NCBI GenBank assembly: GCA_046861645.1
Contig: JBHHUM010000035.1
Location: forward strand, 1-21,114
Origin: Fidelibacterota bacterium
GTDB lineage: Bacteria > Fidelibacterota > Marinisomatia > Marinisomatales > UBA2128
Length of the DNA: 21,114 bases
Reading direction: 5' to 3'
Shown here: positions 14,001-21,114 of the stretch, in pieces
Numbering within the stretch: the first letter of the stretch is position 1
How the letters are laid out: every line of letters starts with the position of its first letter
Notes under the pieces: model-generated
The model's database searches: none
Seen by the model: the letters and a program-made list of their open reading frames with translations, nothing else
Told to the model about the DNA's origin: nothing
Translations under genes and position numbers: made by a program

Positions 14001-16721
14001 TCAGTGCGCTTCGTACCATGATTCCCCTGCTCCGCAATCTACTACCACCGGTACATTCAATGGTAAAGCGCTCTCCATCTCCTCAACAACCAGACTTTTC
14101 AGATCATCTAATTCTTCTTGAGGGACTTCAAACAGTAATTCGTCATGAATTTGCAGGATCATCTTCGATCTAAGTTTCATTGACTTTATTTTCTTATCTA
14201 TAGTAATCATGGCCAACTTTATCATCTCAGCAGCAGTTCCCTGAATAGGATGATTAATCGTCGCTCTTTCAGCCGCCATTCTGACACGAGAATTCGAATG
14301 GTCAATATCATAACAGAACCGCTTTCTTCCCAACATAGTTGTAACAAACTTTTTATCTCTTGCTATAGTTAAGGTTTTATCAATAAATGATTTGATCCCC
14401 GAATAGCGGTTGAAGTATGTTCCAATGATCTGATCGGCTTCACTCAATGACATACCAAACTCCTGGGATAAACGATACGGTCCAGCTCCATACATAACTC
14501 CAAAATTAACGACCTTCGCCATCCTACGCATTTCCGGTAGTACATCATCTAAAGGTACACCGTAAATATCACTAGCTGTACGAGCATGAATGTCTTCACC
14601 TCTTTCAAACGCCTCTTTAAGCACCTTATCTCCACTCAGATGTGCCATAATACGTAATTCTATTTGAGAATAATCTGCAGAAAATATCTGCCATCCTTTT
14701 TCTTGAGGACGAAATGCTTTCCTGATTTCACGACCTTCTTCTGTTCGTATGGGAATATTCTGAAAATTAGGGTTGCTGCTTGCCAGCCGACCAGTCGCAG
14801 CTACTGTTTGACTGAATGATGAATGAATGCGACCTGTTTGAGGATGGACCAGCTTGGGAATAGCATCCACATAGGTTGACTTAAGTTTTTGGAATTTCCG
14901 GTAATCCAGCACCATTCCTGGAAGGGGGTGTTCATTCTTTAATTTCTCTAAAACCGTAACATTTGTAGAACGTTTTCTGACCGGTTTCAGTCCGATGTGA
15001 TCAAATAGGATAGTTGCCAACTGTTGAGTGGAGTTGAGGTTAAATTCCATGCCTGCCAAAGTAAAAATCTCCCGTCTGAATGCATCCAGTTTCTTTTCCA
15101 TCCAACGAGACATTGTACCCATCATTTCACTGTCCACATATACACCATTTTGTTCCATCTGCAAGAGCGAGGGAATTAACGGTAATTCCACTCTTCTCAT
15201 AAACTCCACCAGCTCCATCTCAATCAGTTTTTTACGGAGGATAGATACCAGTTGTATTACCACGTCAGCATCTTCTGCAGCATAGAAGGCAATCTTATCT
15301 AATGCAACATCAGCCATCGAAATTTGATTTTTCCCGCTCCCGATCAAATCCAGAATAGGTTGCATTCTATAGCGCAGGTACTCTTCACTTAGATAGTCTA
15401 GTTTATAAGAACGTGCCGCAGGTTGAAGAAGGTGAGCCGCTAAAAGAGTATCAAATTCTATTCCTGCTACCTCAATTCCATGATTTTTCAAAATCAAACA
15501 GTCATATTTAAGATGCTGACCACATTTAGCTATGGAATCATCCTCCAAGATGGGTTTTAATATTTTGAGAACCGTATCAAGATCATTATCACCTTCAAAG
15601 AGTTGTTTTTCTTTTTCAGGAAACTGCACAGGAATGTACCAGCCTGTATGAGGTTCTATGGAATAACTGAAACCGACAATCTCTGCCCGCATTGGGTCCT
15701 GACTGGTGGTCTCTAAATCTAAAGAAACCAATTCTGCATTTTTTAGTTTTCGAACCAACTCAACTAACTTATCCTGCGAATCAATTAATGCATATTTCTT
15801 CTCTCTTAAGGCTGAATCTTCATAAGCCTCTTCTGTTTTAAACTCGTTCAATTGATCCAAGAGTCTAACGAATTCTAGCTTTCTGAAAATTTCTGTAACC
15901 GCATCAAAGTTGAAAGACTTTCGTTTCAAATCATCTACTTTCAAGGTAAGAGGTAAGTCAGTCTTAATGGTTACCAAATCTCTGGAGAGATAAGCTATAT
16001 CGGCATTGTTCAACAATCCCTCACGGGCTCGCTTATTTTTTACCTGCTCAGCATTGGCCAGAACTGTGTCCAGGTCACCATATTCCTGCAAAAGAGCTAC
16101 GGCAGTCTTTTCACCAATGCCCATGACACCCGGAACATTATCAGAGCTATCCCCCATAAGGCTTAGAAGATCAATTATCTGTTCAGGTTGAACTTTCCAT
16201 TTCTGTTCCACCTTCTGACGATCTACAATTTCTGCAGAAGCTCCTTGACGACCTGGTGTATAAAGAAAAATGTGATCATTCACAAGTTGCATGAAATCTT
16301 TATCGCCGCTGACGATGTAAGCCTCTATCCCCTGTTTTTTAGCTGTAATCGCCAGTGCACCGATGATATCATCCGCTTCAAAACCAGGCATTACTAATTG
16401 GGGAATATTCAAAGCTTCAATCAGTCGCCACAGTTCGGGAAGTTGCTCCCTGAGTTCATCTGGCATTTTTTCCCTGGTGGCTTTGTATTGTGGATACATT
16501 TTGTGTCTAAAAGTTTTTTCTTCAGCATCAAAAACTGCAGCAAGATAATCGGGTTTCTCGTCACGAAGGATTTTGAAAATGGAATTAATGAACCCGAATA
16601 ATGCACTGGTATGACGTCCATCCGATGTCAGGAGAGGATTCCGTATCATGGCAAAATGTGCCCGATAAACCATAGCATAGCCATCGATGAGGAAAAGACG
16701 TTTTTTATCTGGGGATGACAT
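14001..16721 (-). CDS. polA: DNA polymerase I (5'-3' exonuclease, apparently intact 3'-5' exonuclease, polymerase)
   Basis: LIDG..YRA, EADD, SGDKD, GDSSDN, GIGEKTA; Exo motifs DLETT, HLKYD, YAAEDAD; TGRLASSNPNFQNIP; motif A DYSQIELR, motif B KVVNFGVMYG, motif C QIHDEL. Confidence 0.98.
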   Translation of the reverse strand: MSSPDKKRLFLIDGYAMVYRAHFAMIRNPLLTSDGRHTSALFGFINSIFKILRDEKPDYLAAVFDAEEKTFRHKMYPQYKATREKMPDELREQLPELWRLIEALNIPQLVMPGFEADDIIGALAITAKKQGIEAYIVSGDKDFMQLVNDHIFLYTPGRQGASAEIVDRQKVEQKWKVQPEQIIDLLSLMGDSSDNVPGVMGIGEKTAVALLQEYGDLDTVLANAEQVKNKRAREGLLNNADIAYLSRDLVTIKTDLPLTLKVDDLKRKSFNFDAVTEIFRKLEFVRLLDQLNEFKTEEAYEDSALREKKYALIDSQDKLVELVRKLKNAELVSLDLETTSQDPMRAEIVGFSYSIEPHTGWYIPVQFPEKEKQLFEGDNDLDTVLKILKPILEDDSIAKCGQHLKYDCLILKNHGIEVAGIEFDTLLAAHLLQPAARSYKLDYLSEEYLRYRMQPILDLIGSGKNQISMADVALDKIAFYAAEDADVVIQLVSILRKKLIEMELVEFMRRVELPLIPSLLQMEQNGVYVDSEMMGTMSRWMEKKLDAFRREIFTLAGMEFNLNSTQQLATILFDHIGLKPVRKRSTNVTVLEKLKNEHPLPGMVLDYRKFQKLKSTYVDAIPKLVHPQTGRIHSSFSQTVAATGRLASSNPNFQNIPIRTEEGREIRKAFRPQEKGWQIFSADYSQIELRIMAHLSGDKVLKEAFERGEDIHARTASDIYGVPLDDVLPEMRRMAKVVNFGVMYGAGPYRLSQEFGMSLSEADQIIGTYFNRYSGIKSFIDKTLTIARDKKFVTTMLGRKRFCYDIDHSNSRVRMAAERATINHPIQGTAAEMIKLAMITIDKKIKSMKLRSKMILQIHDELLFEVPQEELDDLKSLVVEEMESALPLNVPVVVDCGAGESWYEAH

Positions 16722-16727
16722 TGGATA

Positions 16728-16757
16728 AAGTTAACCGATTCACCCCTCTATCTTCAA
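16728..16757 (-). promoter_or_regulatory. Candidate polA promoter, possibly leaderless
   Basis: TTGAAG (16757-16752), 18 nt, TAACTT (16733-16728), ending 6 nt before the polA ATG. Confidence 0.35.
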
Positions 16758-16836
16758 TCTAATTTCCTGTCGACAATAATAATCATTTCGTATTTTTGAT
16801 AAATTCAACATGAACTATAGGAGTGGATTGCAACAA

Positions 16837-17481
16837 ATGGAACAAAAAACAAGAAGCAATATAAATCGACTTGCTGAAAGGGGCAGTTACGATAAAGATG
16901 TAATCAACAAGATTATTGACGACGCATTGATTTGCCATGTGGACTTTGTCCAGGATGGCCAACCATTTGTCATCCCGACTATTCATGCCCGAGCTGAAAA
17001 TAATATTTAGCTTCATGGATCAAAGAGAAGTCGCCTGCTGAAAGTGGTAAAGTCTGGAGCACAAATCTCCAAATGCATTACGCACCTTGACGGGCTCGTC
17101 CTAGCCCGGTCTTCCTTCCACAACTCTATGAACTACCGATCAACAATTCTCTTCGGTACCGGTCGGGGAATCACGGATGATGGTGATCAACTACAGGTGC
17201 TGGAAATCATCTCAGAACATCTCTTCCCAGGCCGTTGGAAGGAAACCAGGCAACCTACTCAGAAAGAACTGGACATTACATCTGTGGTAGCAGTAGACAT
17301 CGAAGAGGTGTCCGTTAAAATTCGCACGGGACCTCCCATCAATAATAAGGATGACCATGATCTTCACATCTGGACTGGAGTATTACCTTTCCGCATGTTA
17401 GCTGGTACCCCCGAGCCTGATCAGGGATTGGATGAAGAGGTTGAAATTCCCAGTTACCTACGCTATTTTGGTTATAGGTAA
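16837..17481 (+). pseudogene. Pyridoxamine 5'-phosphate oxidase-like flavin-nucleotide-binding protein (NimA-like superfamily) interrupted by an in-frame TAG
   Basis: ORFs 16810-17010 and 17044-17481 share a frame. Read-through gives ...PFVIPTIHARAENNI*LHGSKRSRLL...DGLVLARSSFHNSMNYRS...PGRW...GPP...WTGVLP, one continuous family pattern. Stop at 17008-17010. Start taken as ATG 16837 after AGGAG. Confidence 0.85.
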
Positions 17482-17495
17482 AAATTAATCTTCCA

Positions 17496-18026
17496 ATGTC
17501 AAAAATACCTATCATCTTTCTTACCATATTTCTTCTTCTCTCTCCTGGATTTTCGCAAAGTGCGGGTAAAATGTCAATTGGAACTGACCTCATGTCGGTC
17601 GCCTACTATTCACTTTCATTAAATGCTACCTTCTCACATAGAGCCTCTAATCGAGAACATATTGTAAGTGGATATGTATATTTACCCATATCTGATAATG
17701 ACTCTATCATAAAAGCGTTTATGGCCTCATATTATACACGAAAATATTGGAAAACGGAAAAAGAGGGACTCTTTCTCGCTTGGGGAAGCAGGATGCTTTA
17801 TTGGGAATGGAATAAGTTTTTTGGGATCAGTGATATTCGAACGATTCTTGCGTCTTTTGATGGCCAAATTGGATATAAGTGGACTGTTACCAATACCTTT
17901 TTGATCACACCAACTGTCAGTGCAGGACCGATGTTTGGAATATTACTAAATAATCAAATTTCGAGATTTCCGATAGTCATTATCTCACCCTGGGCAACTC
18001 TAGAGTTAAGTTACAGGTTCAACTAA
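17496..18026 (+). CDS. Putative small outer-membrane beta-barrel protein (DUF3575-like)
   Basis: Signal peptide, amphipathic aromatic-rich strands (GYKW, LITPTVSAG) and a C-terminal LELSYRFN resembling a beta-signal. Confidence 0.6.
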   Translation: MSKIPIIFLTIFLLLSPGFSQSAGKMSIGTDLMSVAYYSLSLNATFSHRASNREHIVSGYVYLPISDNDSIIKAFMASYYTRKYWKTEKEGLFLAWGSRMLYWEWNKFFGISDIRTILASFDGQIGYKWTVTNTFLITPTVSAGPMFGILLNNQISRFPIVIISPWATLELSYRFN

Positions 18027-18108
18027 CCTGTATAACTATCATAGATTTCTTTCTAGAGTAAGTGGAAGTTGTGAGAAAACCCTATTTATTCACAGAAGGG
18101 TAGTAAGA

Positions 18109-20379
18109 CTAAAAGGAATATACCAAGTATGCTCTGGCTATCAAAGAAGTAGATTCCGTTCCGTTTGCAGTCTTGTCTCTAAGTTCGCCTGTAGCTTTCA
18201 TATCGAGGTTCTCCAATATATTCCAGTTTAAACCCCCTTTGAAGCCCACCCAGGAAACCTCTGTAATACCGGTCCCGGAAGCAATATTGATACCTCCCAG
18301 TACCGTTAAACCTAACTTTTTAAATTGATAATCTCCATTCAATGATGTGGTAAAGAAAATCTGTTCGACTCTGTCATCAGGACCAATATTGAATCTACTA
18401 TTGTTGTTTGTCACCGTCAAATTAGTTGTTAGCGGGAATGGAAAACGGGTAGTTAAAGTCGAACTGATCACCTGAGAAGTTAATGAGGGATCGACGAAAT
18501 CCGGATCCCACTGCCGGTCTTTGTATTGATCTTCCTTATCCACCTGAACAAAAGTACCCATTAAAGTATGCGAAGCATTAAGCAGGTCGAAACGATAATT
18601 GAAACTAAGTAAAATGTTATTGAGGTGAGTTTTCTCCCTATTATCAGAAAATGTTACACTATCCAGTTCTGTTACCTCATTTATTCCATTATCTCGATCC
18701 ACTGTTTTAAAAGATAAATTAGCAGATGGTAATCCTGGTCCAGGCAAAAAGTTTAGTCCTGCCGAAAAGGTATTTTGATTGCGGACATTATCCGATGATT
18801 CCGAAATACCATTATTCTGGTGACGATAGCTAAGGGTCAGAAACAGGCGATTCTGTAGCAGGCGCAGTTTATCAGCAATTTTCCATTCACGATTGTCTGC
18901 TACAAGATAGGGATTAGCGAGTGAATTGAATTCTGGACCAACTTGAATAAATTCAAAATCGATCAAATTATCAAAATAGTTTAGTGAAGCCTTGGCTCTC
19001 AGAGCTAATGAAGGCATGGAAAATATAGCATCGCCAAGAGAGATAGCTGCACTATCAGAGAATAATTCTGGAGAAATAGGTGAGATAGGAACCATGTTAG
19101 GATTAATCACAAAAATATCCTCGAAGTCAGCAGGATCTGGAAAAGCACTGAGATCCATGAATCCACCAATAGAATTGTCTTTAAGGGTATCCAGGAGAGT
19201 GTCAAGTCCAGCCAGGGTTAGTGCCCCCTCAGAGATATCATTATTCAGTAAACTGAAGGCTGCTTCACCTTCCAGGGCGATACGTTTGTGATCAAAGAAG
19301 AAACCCAAATCCGTCGAAAGTACAATATTGTCCTTGGGTTTTACACCTGTCCAATCACTTACATCAGACACTACCATTTGAGCACCTAACTGGTTAGATA
19401 ACTCTGCATAGGTAAGTTTATCTCCCTCCTGTAACCCAAAAACGGAATCCGCAGAAGATATTTCAATCAAAGCATCATTAATTATGGGATCTACACTATT
19501 TACATTATCCTTTGTCTTCAAAAATGACAACCCGAATCGGAAAAGTTCACCTCGCCCAAATCCCAACCTTCCAGCTAAAAGTTCCTGGCGAAAAGTGTGA
19601 CCTTTACGTTGTAGAGTTAGAAATCTTGTTCCACCTGTATCTGACTCAACAGAATGTGAATATGCTTTATCAACTTCTTTACTACCCTGAATTGCACGAT
19701 TGATTTCACCCCTGATAAAACTGAGATTGATGGGACCTAACATCAGATGGAGATCTAAACCTCTTATTCTTTTACCATTTAAAGTAAAATAGGACAGGCG
19801 GGGATTAGAATCTCCAAGGTTTAGTGTGCCATATTTTCCAAAAGTCATTCCAAAACCATAAATATTACGGGGTTGCACCAGAGGATCCTCATCAGATGTG
19901 ATCTTCACTTTGGTTTTGAACTTTATTTCTTCCAAGACTGTACCTGACAATCCTATGGAGAGCTGGTTGACATTTAGAGATTCTTCATCAATCCGATCTA
20001 AACTGCTACTGGAAGTAACATTTCCGGAAATGCTAAACTTTGAACTTGCTGCCGCAGCCTTCCTTCCCAAAACGTCAAAAGACCAGGTAACAGAATCAGC
20101 TTTACCAGCGAACAGTTCTATATGGTGTGTACCGGGAACTAGTAGAGGAGGAACATAGCTGATCATATCAGGATCTATATAAGCACGAGCTGTAATATCT
20201 ACACCATCTACTCTTAACGTAATATCTTCTTTTAACACATTTTCCAGGCCAAAGAGTGATGCGGCAATCAGAATTTCATCTGCTTTCTGTTCAGAATTTG
20301 GCTCAGGACTCATGATTAGAATCTGCTGGCTGAACAAAACAGAAATAAGAAATGGTAGTTGGAAAAAAACTTTTTTCAT
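18109..20379 (-). CDS. Large hypothetical outer-membrane beta-barrel protein with an N-terminal Ig-like domain
   Basis: Signal peptide; ~100-aa beta-sandwich-like N-domain (SPEPN...LRVDGVDIT...PGTHHIEL...TWSFDV); many alternating beta strands; C-terminal AYLVYSF. Confidence 0.7.
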   Translation of the reverse strand: MKKVFFQLPFLISVLFSQQILIMSPEPNSEQKADEILIAASLFGLENVLKEDITLRVDGVDITARAYIDPDMISYVPPLLVPGTHHIELFAGKADSVTWSFDVLGRKAAAASSKFSISGNVTSSSSLDRIDEESLNVNQLSIGLSGTVLEEIKFKTKVKITSDEDPLVQPRNIYGFGMTFGKYGTLNLGDSNPRLSYFTLNGKRIRGLDLHLMLGPINLSFIRGEINRAIQGSKEVDKAYSHSVESDTGGTRFLTLQRKGHTFRQELLAGRLGFGRGELFRFGLSFLKTKDNVNSVDPIINDALIEISSADSVFGLQEGDKLTYAELSNQLGAQMVVSDVSDWTGVKPKDNIVLSTDLGFFFDHKRIALEGEAAFSLLNNDISEGALTLAGLDTLLDTLKDNSIGGFMDLSAFPDPADFEDIFVINPNMVPISPISPELFSDSAAISLGDAIFSMPSLALRAKASLNYFDNLIDFEFIQVGPEFNSLANPYLVADNREWKIADKLRLLQNRLFLTLSYRHQNNGISESSDNVRNQNTFSAGLNFLPGPGLPSANLSFKTVDRDNGINEVTELDSVTFSDNREKTHLNNILLSFNYRFDLLNASHTLMGTFVQVDKEDQYKDRQWDPDFVDPSLTSQVISSTLTTRFPFPLTTNLTVTNNNSRFNIGPDDRVEQIFFTTSLNGDYQFKKLGLTVLGGINIASGTGITEVSWVGFKGGLNWNILENLDMKATGELRDKTANGTESTSLIARAYLVYSF

Positions 20380-20388
20380 CTCGGGATC

Positions 20389-21063
20389 CTACTCAGTAAA
20401 CTTAATAATAAGTTCTTTGGTATTTCCGCTATCATCCTCGAATTGGAAGCGTAATTCTCTAATTTCTTCTTCCTCATCTCCACCGGTACTTTCCAATTCT
20501 TCTTCTGTGGTAGTGTGAGTTTCCAGCTCACCAGTAGTGGATGAAATGGCTGTTTCGCCCCCACTAAGACTGGTTATTTCCCCACTAACGCTATTCTCAA
20601 CATCTACTAATCCTTCCAGTAAAATAAATACATCACCTCCAGTAGGATCACTGGAAACAATAATTTCTGTACCTTTAATAGAAGCCACAGAGGTAGGAGT
20701 AGAGATAATAAATTGCTTACCTTCCTGAGGAGATACATTAGCTCTTAACACACCATAGCTCAGGTCTACAGATTTGGAAATACCATCAGTTGTCCGTTGA
20801 CCGCCCACTGTAAATTCAGAATCCTCTCGAATTTTAAGTACACTTTTATCATCAAGGAACATAATCATAGCCATTGATTTCTTCCCGGTAGAAATCTTAT
20901 CCTGATCTTGGACAGGATTTCCAGGCTTCAGCGGTTTTTTTTCAGTTTCATCAGACCGCTGAAGTACGGCATCACCTTTAGCCTTTATTGTCATAGCTAC
21001 TTTATCAGCTCCAGAAAGAAAAGAACACCCTATTATGAGAATAATTATTTGGAGTCGTTTCAT
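20389..21063 (-). CDS. Secreted FecR-domain protein with an acidic C-terminal tail
   Basis: Signal peptide; FecR-like pattern DKISTG...FLDDKSVLKIREDSEF...LSYG...FIISTPTSVASIKGTE...LLEGLVDV...LSGGE; GAGG RBS. Confidence 0.85.
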   Translation of the reverse strand: MKRLQIIILIIGCSFLSGADKVAMTIKAKGDAVLQRSDETEKKPLKPGNPVQDQDKISTGKKSMAMIMFLDDKSVLKIREDSEFTVGGQRTTDGISKSVDLSYGVLRANVSPQEGKQFIISTPTSVASIKGTEIIVSSDPTGGDVFILLEGLVDVENSVSGEITSLSGGETAISSTTGELETHTTTEEELESTGGDEEEEIRELRFQFEDDSGNTKELIIKFTE

Positions 21064-21114
21064 TCCGAAACCTCTATTGCAGTAATTTTTTCACTTAAAC
21101 CTTCAGCTACCATT
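21060..21114 (-). CDS. 3' end of an upstream gene running off the window (partial)
   Basis: Open frame ...MVAEGLSEKITAIEVSE* whose TGA overlaps the FecR ATG (ATGA), typical of translational coupling. Confidence 0.55.
   Translation of the reverse strand, partial: MVAEGLSEKITAIEVSE

Noticed and set aside
13918..14121. 67-aa plus-strand ORF overlapping the polA 3' end
   Set aside because: Mostly antisense to conserved polA codons, with no RBS or motif.
775..16621. Many 60-141 aa ORFs antisense to or nested in the long minus-strand genes
   Set aside because: They are shadows of well-supported genes and have no recognisable motifs.
17008..17010. Genome-wide TAG reassignment
   Set aside because: TAG ends several intact genes here (stops at 3926, 9594, 18109 and 20389).
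18027..18108. Bidirectional terminator between the convergent genes
   Set aside because: Only a 5-bp stem (ACCCT/AGGGT) with a long loop; too weak to call.

Overview
Bacterial chromosomal window of moderate-to-low GC. The gene content (FecR-type protein, beta-barrels, lipoprotein GH3 fusion, SSS transporters) suggests a Gram-negative FCB-group or Marinimicrobia-like organism; this is inference only. A ~13 kb, tightly coupled minus-strand cluster (13772->735) looks like a peptidoglycan (PG) salvage locus: ABC-2 ATPase and permease, nucleoside-2-deoxyribosyltransferase-like protein, BadF-type amino-sugar kinase, alanine racemase, lipoprotein NagZ(GH3)-serine hydrolase (AmiE-like) fusion, sodium:solute symporter (SSS), NamZ/DUF1343-like protein, a second SSS and a UMF1-type MFS. 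Downstream lie a secreted HMA metal-binding protein, a terminator and a nest of REP-like palindromes. Upstream lie polA, a pyridoxamine-5'-phosphate-oxidase-like pseudogene (in-frame TAG), a small beta-barrel, and a FecR-domain plus large beta-barrel pair. The most interesting signals: (1) the NamZ homologue has both family-conserved glutamates replaced by Gln and sits between two SSS genes; (2) the adjacent SSS has a ~60-aa soluble insertion resembling a sandwich-barrel hybrid motif; (3) the ABC ATPase has three degenerate motifs; (4) one REP-like element is interrupted by a nested 27-bp hairpin. All family assignments come from motif recall, not database searches.
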